Below, one piece after another: positions 38,274-51,669 of a DNA stretch of 64,000 nt; within the stretch, counting starts at the first letter, position 1; each line of letters opens with the position of its first letter. The notes under the pieces are model-generated. The model saw nothing but the letters and a program-made list of their open reading frames with translations. It did no database searches and was not told where the DNA came from. The translations under genes and the position numbers were made by a program. Source of the stretch: Patescibacteria group bacterium (GTDB lineage Bacteria; Patescibacteriota; Minisyncoccia; UBA6257; GWB1-50-10); assembly GCA_023474215.1 (NCBI GenBank), contig JAMCYI010000013.1, positions 16,168 through 80,167 on the forward strand, read 5' to 3'.

Positions 38274-38666
38274 ATGAAGATACCCTCGAAGTTGTATGCC
38301 AAGGTGTTCTCGGAGGTGACCAAGGGGAAAAGCCCCGAGGAGATCAAAAAAATGGCGGAGCGCCTCGCCGGTTTGATCGACCGGAATGGAGACGCCGGAC
38401 GGAAAGAGGAAATCCTCAAATTTGCGGAACGATATGCCCGCGAACTCCGGGGAAAACACCTCTTGAACGTCGAAACTGCCCGGGAGCTTCCCGATCATTT
38501 TTATGAGGAGATCGCGGAAAAATTGGGCAAGGGGAAATACGATATCGAGAAGCATATCAACGAAGAACTGGTTGCTGGCGCGAAGCTCACGGTCGACGAC
38601 GAGCGGGAACTCGATATGACGCTCAGAACGATACTGAAAAATTTATTCAATACTAAAGAAAAATAA
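38274..38666 (+). CDS. atpH: ATP synthase subunit delta (short)
   Basis: [23 protein letters not shown]; operon position. Confidence 0.85.
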   Translation: MKIPSKLYAKVFSEVTKGKSPEEIKKMAERLAGLIDRNGDAGRKEEILKFAERYARELRGKHLLNVETARELPDHFYEEIAEKLGKGKYDIEKHINEELVAGAKLTVDDERELDMTLRTILKNLFNTKEK

Positions 38667-38668
38667 CT

Positions 38669-40186
38669 ATGAGTTATGAAATAGTGGAAAAACTGCGGCG
38701 AGCACTCGAGGATTCCGATCGGAAAACCGAGTGGGAAGACGTCGGTCGCGTCGTTGAAATCGGCGACGGCGTTGCGAAGATCTCCGGGCTTCGGAACGTG
38801 AAGAGCCAGGAGATCGTGACGATCGTGACCGGGGAGGGCTCGGTGCCGGCCTTGGCATTGAACCTCGAAGAAGAAAGCTTGGGTGCGCTCATTTTAGGCG
38901 CCGATTCGGGCATTCGAAGCGGCGACGAAGTGCGACGAACGGGCGAAATTCTTTCGATCGAGGTCGGCGACGAAATGCTGGGACGGGTCGTCGATCCTTT
39001 GGGTCGGCCTCTCGATGGCCGCGGCGAAATTTTTAAAACCAAAAAGCCCGTGCGGTATTTTCTGGAACGGAGCGCCCCTTCGGTTTTGGATCGGGAAGGC
39101 GTGAAGATACCGCTTCATACGGGGATTAAATCGATCGACGCCATGATCCCGATTGGCCGGGGACAGCGGGAGCTTATCATCGGCGACCGACAAACGGGAA
39201 AGACGGCGATCGTCATCGATGCGATCATCAATCAGCGACAGGACAGCGGCAGAAAATTGCCGGTTTGCATCTATGTCGCGATCGGTCAAAAGGAATCCAA
39301 AGTAGCGGAGCTTGTGAAAACGCTCGAGGAAAACGGCGCGATGAAATACTCGATCATCGTCGTTGCGGGCGCTTCATCGCCGGCCGCTTTTTGGTACTTG
39401 GCTCCGTACGCCGGGTGCGCCATCGGCGAATATTTCATGGACAAAGGCGAAGATGCGCTCGCAATCTACGACGATCTTTCAAAACACGCGTGGGCGTATC
39501 GACAAATATCGCTCCTCCTTCGGCGTCCGCCGGGAAGAGAAGCGTATCCCGGGGACGTGTTCTATCTCCACTCGCGTCTTTTAGAGCGAGCGGCAAAATT
39601 GAGCCCCGAAAAGGGCGGCGGATCTTTGACGGCCCTTCCGATCATTGAAACGCAGCTCGGCGACATCTCCGCCTATATTCCGACGAACGTGATCTCCATT
39701 ACGGACGGACAAATCTATCTCGAATCCGACCTCTTCAATCAGGGGGTCCGGCCGGCCATCAACGCCGGACTTTCGGTTTCGCGCGTCGGGTCAAGCGCAC
39801 AGACGAAAGTGATGAAAAAAGTTGCCGGCCGCCTGCGGCTCGAACTCGCGCAATTCCGGGAACTCCAAGCATTCGTCCAGTTTGCTTCGGAAGTGGACGA
39901 GGCGACGAAAAAGCGGATCAAGCGGGGTGAAGTACTGACCGAAATTTTGAAACAAAGCGACCTTGCACCGGTCGCCATGGAAAAACAGGTATGTCTTGCC
40001 TATGCCGCCGTGAACGGCTATTTCGACGATGCAAAGAAAGAAGAAATAAGAGATAAGGCGGATGAGTTCGCCAAATACCTCGAAGACCTCCATGCCGACA
40101 TCCTGAAGAAAATAGGGGAAACGGGGGATCTGGAAAAAGAAACCGAAGAATCGCTGAAAAAAGCGTGTGAATCATGGCATCGTTAA
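38669..40186 (+). CDS. atpA: ATP synthase subunit alpha
   Basis: [30 protein letters not shown]. Confidence 0.99.
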   Translation: MSYEIVEKLRRALEDSDRKTEWEDVGRVVEIGDGVAKISGLRNVKSQEIVTIVTGEGSVPALALNLEEESLGALILGADSGIRSGDEVRRTGEILSIEVGDEMLGRVVDPLGRPLDGRGEIFKTKKPVRYFLERSAPSVLDREGVKIPLHTGIKSIDAMIPIGRGQRELIIGDRQTGKTAIVIDAIINQRQDSGRKLPVCIYVAIGQKESKVAELVKTLEENGAMKYSIIVVAGASSPAAFWYLAPYAGCAIGEYFMDKGEDALAIYDDLSKHAWAYRQISLLLRRPPGREAYPGDVFYLHSRLLERAAKLSPEKGGGSLTALPIIETQLGDISAYIPTNVISITDGQIYLESDLFNQGVRPAINAGLSVSRVGSSAQTKVMKKVAGRLRLELAQFRELQAFVQFASEVDEATKKRIKRGEVLTEILKQSDLAPVAMEKQVCLAYAAVNGYFDDAKKEEIRDKADEFAKYLEDLHADILKKIGETGDLEKETEESLKKACESWHR

Positions 40187-41130
40187 ACAATCTCAAAAAA
40201 AGAATAGGCGGCGTGAAAAGCATCAACCAGATCACTTCTGCCATGGAGCTTGTTGCCGCAACGAAGATGCGGAAAGCGCAGGAAGCGGCGCTTGCTTCGC
40301 GCTTCTATGCCTTCGATGCTCTCGAGATCTTGGGAAATGTCACAGACTACCTCGTAAAATCGGGCGCGGAACTCGAAAAAACATTCTTCGCCCGGACCGT
40401 CGAAAAAACCCTCATCCTCATCGTGACTTCGGACAAGGGGCTGGTCGGATCCTTCAATAGCTCGATCATAAAGAAGGTTGAAAAATTCCTCAAGGAAAAC
40501 GCCGACGATTTCAAGGCGGGAAAATTCAGCTTCGTGACCGTCGGCCAAAAGGGAACCGATTTCGTGCGGCGCCTCGGCATAACGCCAGCCGGTCATTTTT
40601 CAAACTACGGAGATATCATCGATGTCGGCGAAATCGAAGAACTCGCAGGAATCCTCGACCGCGGATACCGGAAAAGGAAGTGGGACCGGATCGTTTCGTT
40701 CTCAATGAATTTCACTTCGGCACTCTCTCAAGAGGTTGTCGAACGGCGAATCCTGCCGTTCGAGGCGAAGCAGATCAGGAAGACCGTCGAGGAAGTCATC
40801 CCGAATACCGGGCGGTACTCGAACCTCAAGGCGGAGATCTCGAAACGGCGGGCGACCGAAACGCTCGACTATATCATGGAACCGTCGCCAAAAGAGATCC
40901 TCGATGATCTTTTGCCGCATCTCTTGAAGATTCAAGTGTATCACCTCATGCTTGAAGCGAATGCCTCCGAGCATTCGTCGAGAAGGGTGACCATGAAAAA
41001 TGCATCCGATAATGCACATGAGCTCACAAATGAGCTTACGCTCGCATATAATAAGACACGGCAAGAGATGATCACCAAAGAACTTGGGGAATTGACCGGA
41101 ACGGTCGCGGCAATTACCAATAATGTTTAA
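40174..41130 (+). CDS. atpG: ATP synthase subunit gamma
   Basis: [35 protein letters not shown]. Confidence 0.97.
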   Translation: MASLNNLKKRIGGVKSINQITSAMELVAATKMRKAQEAALASRFYAFDALEILGNVTDYLVKSGAELEKTFFARTVEKTLILIVTSDKGLVGSFNSSIIKKVEKFLKENADDFKAGKFSFVTVGQKGTDFVRRLGITPAGHFSNYGDIIDVGEIEELAGILDRGYRKRKWDRIVSFSMNFTSALSQEVVERRILPFEAKQIRKTVEEVIPNTGRYSNLKAEISKRRATETLDYIMEPSPKEILDDLLPHLLKIQVYHLMLEANASEHSSRRVTMKNASDNAHELTNELTLAYNKTRQEMITKELGELTGTVAAITNNV

Positions 41131-42770
<1,640 letters not shown>

Positions 42771-42842
42771 TCGCTGTTTTTAACGTATACTAGCGCGAAG
42801 TTGGTCGCTCACGACTTTTGTCAATTAAATTAAGGAAAAAAT

Positions 42843-43253
42843 ATGAAAAAGATCTTGTCAGTTGAATCGCCCGAAGGGCACTACCACGCGAAATCCGTCA
42901 TACTTTGGTGCTTCGATGACCGTTTCTCGGGAGCTTTGGAAAAATTCTTGAAGGAGCATCCCGATCAGCACTTCGATATCATCAAGGTTGCCGGCGGCGT
43001 CAAACAGCTGGTCTCACCTGAACATGAAACCGATCGGGACTTCATTCTTCGCCAAATAGCCGCTTCCATCAAGCTTCACGGAGCGGAAAACGTCGACATC
43101 ATGGCGCACGACGAATGTGGCGCCTATGGCGGCAAAAGAGAAGTATCGTTCTACGAAGAAGAATTAAGAAAGGGGGAAGAGGTATTGAAGGAATTCCTCC
43201 ATATCGGGGTAACAAAGATGTTCGTCGGTTTCGACGGCATCTACGAGGTTTAA
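42843..43253 (+). CDS. beta-class carbonic anhydrase-like protein
   Basis: CFDDR and HDECGAY zinc-ligand motifs. Confidence 0.8.
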   Translation: MKKILSVESPEGHYHAKSVILWCFDDRFSGALEKFLKEHPDQHFDIIKVAGGVKQLVSPEHETDRDFILRQIAASIKLHGAENVDIMAHDECGAYGGKREVSFYEEELRKGEEVLKEFLHIGVTKMFVGFDGIYEV

Positions 43254-43268
43254 CTGAAATTCATAGAG

Positions 43269-43304
43269 AGACCGCGGGAAAGCAACATCTTCCTGCGGTC
43301 TTTT
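43269..43304 (+). terminator. intrinsic terminator
   Basis: AGACCGCGGGAA-N9-TTCCTGCGGTCT followed by TTT. Confidence 0.65.
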
Positions 43305-43315
43305 GCTTTTCAAAC

Positions 43316-43416
43316 TTATCCCCAGAATCTTTGGCCCCCCGCTCTCCTCGAATTTTTGAGGGAGACCGGGGGGCCTGCAATTTTTGAAGGAGAGCGGGGG
43401 GCGGAAGCTGGGGACA
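43316..43416 (+). repeat. DnaA-box-led G/C-run repeat, copy R3
   Basis: TTATCCCCAG...GGCCCCCCGCTCTCCTCGAATTTTTGAGGGAGACCGGGGGGCC...AATTTTTGAAGGAGAGCGGGGGG...CTGGGGACA. Confidence 0.8.
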
Positions 43417-43483
43417 GGATCGGGACGGAAACCGAAGGGGCGGAAGTTGGCAGGAGGAGGCAGACGGATATAGAATAAGAGCG

Positions 43484-45193
43484 ATGCCAAAGGATGTCGA
43501 TCTCATCAAGGAAAAAGTCGGCGTTGTCGACCTTTTGAAGTCGTACGTCGAACTTATTCCGGCCGGCAAAAATTTCAAGGCGCTCTGCCCCTTCCATCAG
43601 GAAAAAACGCCGTCGTTTTTCGTGTCGCCGGAACGGAAGATGTGGCACTGCTTCGGATGCGGCCTCGGGGGCGACGTCATCAAATTCGTCATGCTCTATG
43701 AGCACGTCGAATTTCCCGAAGCCCTCAAATTCCTCGCCGAAAAAGCCGGTCTTCAGATCCAAACCTTGAATCCCGCCGAGCAGCGCGAATTCGGCGTTCT
43801 TTACGACGTCAACGAAGCCGCCGCTGCATTCTACCGCCAAAATCTTCTCCGAAACCAACAGGTACTTGCATATCTCACGGAAAGAGGGCTCAAGCCCGAA
43901 ACAATGGAGGAGTTCAAGATCGGCTATGCGACGGGAGGAGACGATCTTGTGAGATATCTCATCAAGAACCGCTATACGGTGAACGATGCCATGCGGGCAG
44001 GACTCGCGCAAAAGAACGCGCGCGGCCTCATCAAGGATAAATTCTTCGGTCGGATCATGTTCCCGATCGCGAATCAAGTCGGAAAAACGGTCGCCTTCAC
44101 CGGCCGCATCGTCCCGGGAGCGAACGGCGAAGACGCCCACGATGCCCCGAAGTACCTGAACTCTCCCGAAACCATCATTTTCAACAAATCGAAGGTCTTG
44201 TACGGATTCGATAGATCGAAGCAAGCGATCGCCGAATCGAAGGTTGTCATTATCGTCGAAGGACAAATGGATTTTTTGATGTCGTGGCAATCGGGCGTCA
44301 AAAACGTCGTCGCCGTCTCGGGAACCGGCCTTACGGAAGAACACTTGCTGCGCCTCCGAAGATTCGCCGATACCGTCATGGTGAGCTTCGATAAAGACGA
44401 GGCCGGCATCAAGGCTCTCGAGCGGAGCTTGGACTATTTTCACAACTTCGATTTCCACGTGAAGGTCATCGACCTCGGCACGTTCAAAGATCCGGCGGAC
44501 GCGTGCCGCGAAAACCCGGAATTCATGAAAACGGCCTTGAGCTGGGCAAAACCGGCGCTTTCGTATCTTATGAATGTCTATTTCACAAGCGCTTCGTATG
44601 CGGAGGGGGACATCCCAACCAAGAAGAGGATCCTTCGCCACGTCCTTTCGAAGATCGACACGGTAAAGAGCGCCGTCGAAAAAGGCATGTGGATCGGCGA
44701 GTGCTCCAAGCTTTCCGGCATTGCGGAAAACGATCTCCGGGAGGAAATGGGGAACCTTTCCGTCGAGGAAATCAAAGATGCGCCGCCGGAATTCATATCC
44801 CGGGAGGATCAGGCGGATAAACAAGAAGAGCTGGCCAGAAAGCTGGTCGCCGTTGCTTTGACAAACAAGGCCTTTCTTGATACCTTGAAAAACGAACTGG
44901 AGTTCCTCCCTGAAAAATTCAGGACCATCGTTGAAAGCGGAGCAAGCGCCGACGACGGAGGCGTACTGGAACTCGAAGCGTCGTATCTTGCAAGCTCGCT
45001 CGATGAAAAAACGATCAAAAAAGAATTCAATGATCTCTTGAAAAGGATCAAGATTTTGTCCATCAACGAGACAAGATCGTCGCTTAAAAAAGCGCTCCGG
45101 GAAGCCGAAAGCTCCGAAGACGAAGAAAGCATCTCGAAACTTTTGACCCGTTTCTCCGACGAAAGCAAAAAACTGAACGATCTGAAAAAATAA
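43484..45193 (+). CDS. dnaG: DNA primase
   Basis: [15 protein letters not shown] zinc finger, [26 protein letters not shown]. Confidence 0.98.
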   Translation: MPKDVDLIKEKVGVVDLLKSYVELIPAGKNFKALCPFHQEKTPSFFVSPERKMWHCFGCGLGGDVIKFVMLYEHVEFPEALKFLAEKAGLQIQTLNPAEQREFGVLYDVNEAAAAFYRQNLLRNQQVLAYLTERGLKPETMEEFKIGYATGGDDLVRYLIKNRYTVNDAMRAGLAQKNARGLIKDKFFGRIMFPIANQVGKTVAFTGRIVPGANGEDAHDAPKYLNSPETIIFNKSKVLYGFDRSKQAIAESKVVIIVEGQMDFLMSWQSGVKNVVAVSGTGLTEEHLLRLRRFADTVMVSFDKDEAGIKALERSLDYFHNFDFHVKVIDLGTFKDPADACRENPEFMKTALSWAKPALSYLMNVYFTSASYAEGDIPTKKRILRHVLSKIDTVKSAVEKGMWIGECSKLSGIAENDLREEMGNLSVEEIKDAPPEFISREDQADKQEELARKLVAVALTNKAFLDTLKNELEFLPEKFRTIVESGASADDGGVLELEASYLASSLDEKTIKKEFNDLLKRIKILSINETRSSLKKALREAESSEDEESISKLLTRFSDESKKLNDLKK

Positions 45194-45194
45194 C

Positions 45195-46391
45195 ATGGCC
45201 TCCGTAAAAAAACACAAGCAAAAACAACCCGCCGCAAGAAAGAAAACGGCGGCAAAGTCCATAAAGACAAAAAAGCGGCAGCTGAAGCCGAAGAAAGAAA
45301 AATTGATCCCCGTGCCGCCGGAGTATGCGGAAGCCCTGGAAGAACTCGTCAAACGCGGACGGGGAAGGGAATTCCTGACAGATGCGGAAGTTTTGAACTA
45401 CTTCCCGGAAATAGAGAAAAACCTGCCGTTTTTGGAACAAGTGTACGCGCGCCTCGAGCATGAGGGGATCAAAATCAAAGAATCGGGTCCGGTCATCAAA
45501 AATCTGAATCTCGAGGAGGTTTCCGCGAGCGAACTCAAGGAAGCGACGAGGATCGAAAACGACCTCCCGGATGCCGTTCAAATGTATTTGAAGGAGATCG
45601 GCAAGACCCCTCTTTTGACGTCCGCTGAGGAAAAAGACCTCGCGAAACGCATCGAGAAGGGAGATGAAGCCGCGAGAAAAAGATTGATCCAAGCGAACCT
45701 CCGGCTCGTCGTTTCCATCGCGAAGCGCTATGCCAATCGAAGCCAGCGTTTGAGCATCCTCGACTTGATCCAAGAGGGGAATATCGGCCTTTCGCGCGCC
45801 GTCGATAAATTCGATTATACGAAAGGGTTCAAATTCTCGACGTACGCCACGTGGTGGATCAGGCAGGCCGTGACGCGCGCGTTGGCGGACTACTCGCGAA
45901 CCATTCGCATTCCGGTCCACATGGTGGAAACGATCACGAAATACACGCAAATCAAGCGGCAGCTCATGCAAGAGCTCGGCCGAGAACCGCTGCCGGAAGA
46001 AATCGCTTCCGAAATGGGCATGGACGTGAAGAAGATCCATTACATCCAAAAGATCTCGCAGGAGGTCATGTCCCTTGAGGCTCCGATCGGCGACAGCGAG
46101 GACGATCTTACGCTCTCCGATTTTATCAAGGACGAACAAAGCTTGAGCCCCGACGAAATGGCGAACCAAGCGCTCCTGAAAGATCAGATCAAGGAAATTT
46201 TGGCGGATCTCACGGAACGGGAGCAAAAGATCCTCGCCATGCGCTTCGGCCTTGAAGACAATATCCCGCACACGCTTGAGGAAGTCGGCAAGGAATTCGG
46301 CGTCACGCGCGAACGCATCCGGCAAATCGAAGCAAAAGCCCTCGAAAAAATCAGGACGCACCAGAAATCGAAAAAGCTGGAGGGGTACTAG
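45195..46391 (+). CDS. rpoD: primary sigma factor (sigma70)
   Basis: [50 protein letters not shown]. Confidence 0.98.
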   Translation: MASVKKHKQKQPAARKKTAAKSIKTKKRQLKPKKEKLIPVPPEYAEALEELVKRGRGREFLTDAEVLNYFPEIEKNLPFLEQVYARLEHEGIKIKESGPVIKNLNLEEVSASELKEATRIENDLPDAVQMYLKEIGKTPLLTSAEEKDLAKRIEKGDEAARKRLIQANLRLVVSIAKRYANRSQRLSILDLIQEGNIGLSRAVDKFDYTKGFKFSTYATWWIRQAVTRALADYSRTIRIPVHMVETITKYTQIKRQLMQELGREPLPEEIASEMGMDVKKIHYIQKISQEVMSLEAPIGDSEDDLTLSDFIKDEQSLSPDEMANQALLKDQIKEILADLTEREQKILAMRFGLEDNIPHTLEEVGKEFGVTRERIRQIEAKALEKIRTHQKSKKLEGY

Positions 46392-46424
46392 ACGAAAATT
46401 TTTAATTTACAATTTTCAATTTTT

Positions 46425-46449
46425 AAAACGTCCCACGATGGACGTTTTT
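46425..46449 (+). terminator. rpoD terminator
   Basis: AAAACGTCC-CACGAT-GGACGTTTTT. Confidence 0.7.
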
Positions 46450-46548
46450 GGTTGTTGTGCTACAATAACCATCACTGCAATCGCAGGATTCCTGTCATTG
46501 TGGCGGGAATAACTGTTCCTTTCATCAATTATTCACTGGAGGCATCTA

Positions 46549-46833
46549 ATGTGTTTTTTCCGAGAAACGTTCGCCGCGACCGTTACGAAAAGTAACGGCA
46601 AACATTTCACCGTCTCCTTTTTCATGGGGAAGGAAGAAATAAAGATTTCTGTCCCCAAGAAAAAGAACCTTCAAGAAAGGGTCGGAGAGATTCTTTTTTT
46701 GAAGGTGACGAAGAAGAAGGGTAGATTGGTCGTCAAAGAAATCTGGCGATCCGGCGAGCGAGGCATAGAAACGGGGGAAACAAAAAGGAGGGAAAATTGC
46801 CGGAGACCGGTAATGTCTGCGGCTACGACCTAA
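46549..46833 (+). CDS. small basic hypothetical protein
   Basis: GGAGG RBS upstream; TG-n-TACAAT promoter near 46458-46466. Confidence 0.5.
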   Translation: MCFFRETFAATVTKSNGKHFTVSFFMGKEEIKISVPKKKNLQERVGEILFLKVTKKKGRLVVKEIWRSGERGIETGETKRRENCRRPVMSAATT

Positions 46834-46887
46834 CAAGATCAAGATTCTCGAGGGCTCTGCAAAACATGCGGAGCCTCTCATTTTTTG

Positions 46888-46958
46888 TCGGGCTGCCGGG
46901 AGTTGAACCCGGGTCGCACCCACCCCAAGGGTGTATACTACCGCTATACTACAGCCCG
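46888..46958 (-). tRNA. tRNA-Pro(GGG)
   Basis: CGGGCTG/CAGCCCG acceptor stem, CACCC-TTGGGGT-GGGTG anticodon arm, GTTCAACTC T-loop. Confidence 0.93.
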
Positions 46959-46969
46959 AAAAAAGCGCC

Positions 46970-47173
46970 CTATTTTTTGACGGGCGCTTTCTTCTTACTC
47001 AAAGTTTTCAAGCATTTGACGCACACCAAAACCCGCTTTCCCGGAACGATGTTCCGCACAAGTTTCAAGTTTGCCCGCTTTCTGTGGGAAGATGTCGGGT
47101 TGTAATGGCTCCGGAGCATCACGCGCGTATTGGCGGTCTTATATGATTTTCCGCAGATATAGCACTGTCGCAT
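46970..47173 (-). CDS. rpmB: 50S ribosomal protein L28
   Basis: RQCYICGK...NL...VCVKCLKT. Confidence 0.88.
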   Translation of the reverse strand: MRQCYICGKSYKTANTRVMLRSHYNPTSSHRKRANLKLVRNIVPGKRVLVCVKCLKTLSKKKAPVKK

Positions 47174-47211
47174 ATGGTTGGATGTTACCTAAAGAGAACC
47201 CGGATGTCAAT

Positions 47212-47844
47212 TCAATAAAGAGGAATACCGGTGAAAATTCGAAAGATGAACGAAATGATCGGCGTTATCACGGAAAAGCCGAAAAAGATGAACGCAACGA
47301 GGATGAACCAGCCGTATGGGTTGTTCTCCGCAAGGAACCGCTTTACCTTCCACGCACGGTCCGGGAGTGCTGCCGTAAGGACCTTCGCTCCGTCAAGGGG
47401 AGGGATCGGCACCAAATTGAAAACACCAAGCAGCACGTTGATCGCAACGATGATGCCGGCAAACGCATTGAAGCTCGCGAGAATCCCGGTATTGTACGGA
47501 GCAGTGATCCTGAAGAGGATGCCGAAAACGAGCGCCAGAGCGAAATTGGAAAGGGGGCCGGCAGCCGCGATCTTGGCGGCTCCTTTTTCAGGGTCCTTTA
47601 AATTGTAAGGATTGTACGGAACGGGTTTCGCCCAGCCGAAGATGATCCCTCCGGGGATGAGGGCAAGGAGCAGGGGAAGAATGACCGATCCGAAGGGATC
47701 CAAGTGCTTCAAAGGATTCAGCGTCAATCTCCCCGAAAGCCTCGCGGTCGGATCTCCCAGCTTATCAGCCACGAAGCCGTGCGATACCTCGTGGATGACC
47801 GCGGAAAATATCAAAATAATCACTTCGAAGACAACGGTTGTCAT
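47212..47844 (-). CDS. site-2 protease (M50) family protein
   Basis: HEVSH, GRLTLNP, AGPLSN, FNLVPIPPLDG. Confidence 0.93.
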   Translation of the reverse strand: MTTVVFEVIILIFSAVIHEVSHGFVADKLGDPTARLSGRLTLNPLKHLDPFGSVILPLLLALIPGGIIFGWAKPVPYNPYNLKDPEKGAAKIAAAGPLSNFALALVFGILFRITAPYNTGILASFNAFAGIIVAINVLLGVFNLVPIPPLDGAKVLTAALPDRAWKVKRFLAENNPYGWFILVAFIFFGFSVITPIISFIFRIFTGIPLY

Positions 47845-47875
47845 TGTGGTAACCTTCTCATGATATAATAGAACC

Positions 47876-48520
47876 ATGAACAAAAACAGAAGCCTCAGGA
47901 ATCTGTACATGGTATTAGGAGTGATGGTTGTTCTTATGATCGCCGGATTCTATATTCTTTTCCAAAAGATCGGAACCTTGGAAAGCTCCGATTCCCAAGA
48001 CGTCACGAACATTGCAAGCGTGAGCACGAGCACAAATACGGGCTCAAGCTCGAATCCAAGCTCAAGCACAAGCACACCCGCGGAAACAACGACAACGGCA
48101 ACTTCCTCCCAACTGTCGCCGGTTTCGATAAATTCCAGCATCTTGTTCAATGCGACGTCGAGCCCCGACCTCCAGCCGCAGGCGAAACTCACCGTTCTCG
48201 TGAGCAGGGTCACGAAGACCCCTGACGGAAATATCGCCGTAACGGTCAAGGTATTCACCGATTCCGCGACGAGCTACAGTGCCGTCGATCTTTCGAACCT
48301 CGTGCAGATCTTCAATCCTTCGGGGAGCAACGCGACGTCGACGAGCATTACCGGCGCTTTCAAGGCGATGCCTCCGCAAAGCTCCGTGGATGGCATCGTG
48401 AATTTTTCCATGGATCCGTCGGCGGCAAGCCTCATTCTTCAGGTCGGTCCTTCCGACAACGCCGCTTTTTATCAATTCGACTTCACAAACGGGAGCTACA
48501 AACCGGTCACGGTGGGTTGA
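47876..48520 (+). CDS. membrane-anchored Ser/Thr-rich hypothetical protein
   Basis: N-terminal TM, S/T linker, beta-rich domain; TATAAT at 47864-47869. Confidence 0.75.
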   Translation: MNKNRSLRNLYMVLGVMVVLMIAGFYILFQKIGTLESSDSQDVTNIASVSTSTNTGSSSNPSSSTSTPAETTTTATSSQLSPVSINSSILFNATSSPDLQPQAKLTVLVSRVTKTPDGNIAVTVKVFTDSATSYSAVDLSNLVQIFNPSGSNATSTSITGAFKAMPPQSSVDGIVNFSMDPSAASLILQVGPSDNAAFYQFDFTNGSYKPVTVG

Positions 48521-48545
48521 CAATTTTAACGATCGCCCTTACCAT
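48517..48545 (+). promoter_or_regulatory. str operon promoter
   Basis: TTGACA-N17-TACCAT upstream of rpsL. Confidence 0.7.
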
Positions 48546-48565
48546 ATCTATCCGTAGCGACACAA

Positions 48566-48979
48566 ATGCCCACTGTTAATCAGTTGATCAAGAAAGGCAG
48601 GTTGACTGCCAAGAAGAAATCGAAATCTCCAGCCCTGGAGTTTTATTTCAATTATTTGAAAAACCGGCCCGTCGACTCGCCGTCGCCCTTCAAGCGGGGA
48701 GTGTGCTTGAAGGTCTTCACGACGACGCCGAAAAAACCGAACTCAGCCCTCCGAAAAGTCGCGAGAGTGCGGCTCACGAACGGCATGGAAGTCACCGCTT
48801 ATATCCCCGGCGAAGGCCACAACTTGCAGGAACACTCCGTCGTCGTGATCCGCGGCGGGAGGGTGAAGGACCTTCCGGGCGTCCGCTATCACATCGTTCG
48901 GGGTATCTTGGATACGCAAGGCGTCGAAGCGAGGAAACAACAGCGCTCCAAATACGGGGCGAAGCGTCCGAAAAAATAA
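48566..48979 (+). CDS. rpsL: 30S ribosomal protein S12
   Basis: [22 protein letters not shown]. Confidence 0.99.
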   Translation: MPTVNQLIKKGRLTAKKKSKSPALEFYFNYLKNRPVDSPSPFKRGVCLKVFTTTPKKPNSALRKVARVRLTNGMEVTAYIPGEGHNLQEHSVVVIRGGRVKDLPGVRYHIVRGILDTQGVEARKQQRSKYGAKRPKK

Positions 48980-48984
48980 TCATC

Positions 48985-49455
48985 ATGCGAAGGAAAGGAT
49001 TCAAAAAAAGAGAGCATAATCCCGACCACGTCCACGGCCGCGTGGATATGGGCCGTTTTGTGAACTATCTTATGGAAGACGGCAAAAAACTGGCCGCCGA
49101 GAAAATTTTGTATGAAAGTTTGCAACATATCGAAAAGGAAACGAAAGAAGATCCCATCCAGGTCTTCGAACGGGCGCTTGAAAATGCAACGCCGCTTCTC
49201 GAAGTAACCTCGAAGCGGATCGGCGGAGCGAACTATCAAATACCGCGGGAAGTAAGGAGCGAACGGAAATTCTTCCTTGCAACGCATTGGATCATCGATG
49301 CAGCAAGAAAAAAGAAGGGAAAGCCCATGGCTCAAAAGCTCGCAGAAGAAATCATTGCCGCCTCCAAGAACGAAGGAACGGCAATTAAGAAAAAACAAGA
49401 TACGCACCGCATGGCAGAGGCAAACCGGGCCTTCGCGAGCTACTTGAGGGGTTAA
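48985..49455 (+). CDS. rpsG: 30S ribosomal protein S7
   Basis: [20 protein letters not shown]. Confidence 0.98.
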   Translation: MRRKGFKKREHNPDHVHGRVDMGRFVNYLMEDGKKLAAEKILYESLQHIEKETKEDPIQVFERALENATPLLEVTSKRIGGANYQIPREVRSERKFFLATHWIIDAARKKKGKPMAQKLAEEIIAASKNEGTAIKKKQDTHRMAEANRAFASYLRG

Positions 49456-49460
49456 TCATT

Positions 49461-51566
49461 ATGCCGAGACAGTACCCATTGGAAAAAGTGAGGGATATCG
49501 GCATTATTGCCCATATCGACGCAGGGAAAACAACGACGTCGGAGCGTGTTTTGTTTTACACAGGCGTTTCCCACAAGATCGGCGAAGTGCACGAAGGGGA
49601 CACCGTTATGGACTGGATGGAGCAAGAACGGGAACGAGGTATTACCATTACCTCGGCCGCCACGACGTGCTTTTGGATACCGACTTCCGCCAAAGGCGAT
49701 AAAGCGCACGAACACCGGATCAACCTCATCGACACTCCCGGACATATCGATTTTACGGTGGAAGTAAAGCGCTCGCTCCGGGTTTTGGACGGCGCCGTCG
49801 TCGTATTTGACGGCGTTGCTGGCGTTGAGCCGCAATCGGAAACGAACTGGCATTATGCGGACGAATATCAAGTGCCAAGGATCTGCTTCATAAACAAACT
49901 TGACCGAATGGGAGCGAGTTTCGATTTCAGCTTCAATTCGATCCTCGAACGGCTGACGCCGAATGCCGTCGCCATGCAAATACCCATCGGCTCGGAATCA
50001 GCTTTTGAAGGTGTCATCGATCTCTTGAACATGAAGGCGGTCCGCTTCGAAGGCGAGCATGGAGAAAAAATCATCGAAAGCGAAATTCCTGCCGATCTTT
50101 TAGAAACGGCCAAGACGAAACGACATGAACTCATCGAAAAGATCGTCGAAAAAGACGATGCCTTGATGGCGGAATACTTGGAAGGAAGGGAGCCTTCGAT
50201 TGACGCCTTGAAGAAGGTTTTGCGGAAAGAGACGATCGCAAACCGCTTGGTGCCCGTTTTTTGCGGATCCGCACTCCAAAACAAAGGCGTGCAGTTGATC
50301 CTTGATGCAGTCATCGATTATCTTCCTTCGCCTTTGGACATGCCCCCGACGAAGGGCATCAATCCCGAAACGGGCAACGAAGAAGAACGGCATCCGAAGG
50401 ACGATGAACCGTTTGCCGGTTTAGCCTTCAAAATAGCCGCTGATCCTTTCGTCGGATCGCTCACGTATTTCCGGATTTACTCGGGCGTCATCAAGCGGGG
50501 CAGCTATATTTTGAATTCGACTAAAAACAACCAAGAGCGCATCGGCAGGATGGTTCGGATGCACGCCAATCACCGCGAAGAGGTGGAAGAATTGTATGCG
50601 GGCGACTTGGGTGCCATCGTCGGCCTTAAAAACACGACGACCGGCGACAGCTTAACCGATCCGGAACATCCGATCATCCTCGAAAAGATCACGTTCCCAG
50701 AACCCGTCATTTCCGTTCGCATCGAACCAAAGACGAAGGCTGATCAGGAAAAAATGGGCATTGCTTTGCATCGTCTTTCCGAAGAAGATCCGACCTTCCG
50801 GGTCGCCGGCGACGAAGAGACGGGCGAAACCATCATTTCAGGCATGGGCGAACTTCACCTCGAGATCATCGTCGATCGCATGAAACGGGAATTCAACGTC
50901 GAAGCGAACGTCGGCAGGCCGCAAGTCGCTTACAAAGAAACCATCAAGGGGAAAGCGGAAGCCGAGGGAAAATACATCAGGCAATCGGGAGGCCGCGGAC
51001 AGTACGGACACGTGTGGATCAACGTGGAACCTTTGGAGCGCGGTACCGGGTTCGAATTCGTGGACGCCATCAAGGGAGGCGTCATCCCGCAGGAATTCAT
51101 ACCGGCCGTGGAAAAGGGTATCCGAGAGGCATTGAATCGCGGCATTTTGGCCGGCTACCCCCTGATCGACCTCAAGGTCCAACTTTTCGACGGATCGTAC
51201 CACGAAGTAGACTCTTCCGAATTCGCTTTCAAGATCGCCGGCTCCATGGCGCTTCAAGAAGCATGTACCAAAGCGAAGCTTGTACTCCTTGAACCGATCA
51301 TGAAGGTGCAAGTCATCGTTCCGCCCGATTTCTTGGGCGACGTGACGGGCGACCTGAGCTCCAAACGCGGTAAGATCAAGGCGATGGGGGAACGGGGCAC
51401 CATTCGCGTTATCGACGCGAACGTCCCGCTTGCTGAAATGTTCGGTTATTCGACCGCACTCAGATCGATGACCCAAGGCCGGGGTTCATTCAACATGGAA
51501 TTTTCCCACTACGAGGAAGTGCCGCAAAATGTGGCTCAAACCATCATCGAGGGAAGAAAGAAATAG
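49461..51566 (+). CDS. fusA: elongation factor G
   Basis: [21 protein letters not shown]. Confidence 0.99.
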   Translation: MPRQYPLEKVRDIGIIAHIDAGKTTTSERVLFYTGVSHKIGEVHEGDTVMDWMEQERERGITITSAATTCFWIPTSAKGDKAHEHRINLIDTPGHIDFTVEVKRSLRVLDGAVVVFDGVAGVEPQSETNWHYADEYQVPRICFINKLDRMGASFDFSFNSILERLTPNAVAMQIPIGSESAFEGVIDLLNMKAVRFEGEHGEKIIESEIPADLLETAKTKRHELIEKIVEKDDALMAEYLEGREPSIDALKKVLRKETIANRLVPVFCGSALQNKGVQLILDAVIDYLPSPLDMPPTKGINPETGNEEERHPKDDEPFAGLAFKIAADPFVGSLTYFRIYSGVIKRGSYILNSTKNNQERIGRMVRMHANHREEVEELYAGDLGAIVGLKNTTTGDSLTDPEHPIILEKITFPEPVISVRIEPKTKADQEKMGIALHRLSEEDPTFRVAGDEETGETIISGMGELHLEIIVDRMKREFNVEANVGRPQVAYKETIKGKAEAEGKYIRQSGGRGQYGHVWINVEPLERGTGFEFVDAIKGGVIPQEFIPAVEKGIREALNRGILAGYPLIDLKVQLFDGSYHEVDSSEFAFKIAGSMALQEACTKAKLVLLEPIMKVQVIVPPDFLGDVTGDLSSKRGKIKAMGERGTIRVIDANVPLAEMFGYSTALRSMTQGRGSFNMEFSHYEEVPQNVAQTIIEGRKK

Positions 51567-51669
51567 GAAAACGGACAGGAAACCATTGACAAATCTTGAT
51601 AAAAAGAGGAGAATGTTCTACACTATCAATAACTAAAAGTCTTTAGGTCGAAACAAAAAAACAAAAACC

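Noticed and set aside
43316-46361. Long minus-strand ORFs (678 aa and 425 aa), and similar antisense ORFs over dnaK, rel, atpD and rplB
   Set aside because: They lie opposite highly conserved genes, have no recognisable motifs, and are the usual antisense shadow of codon bias.
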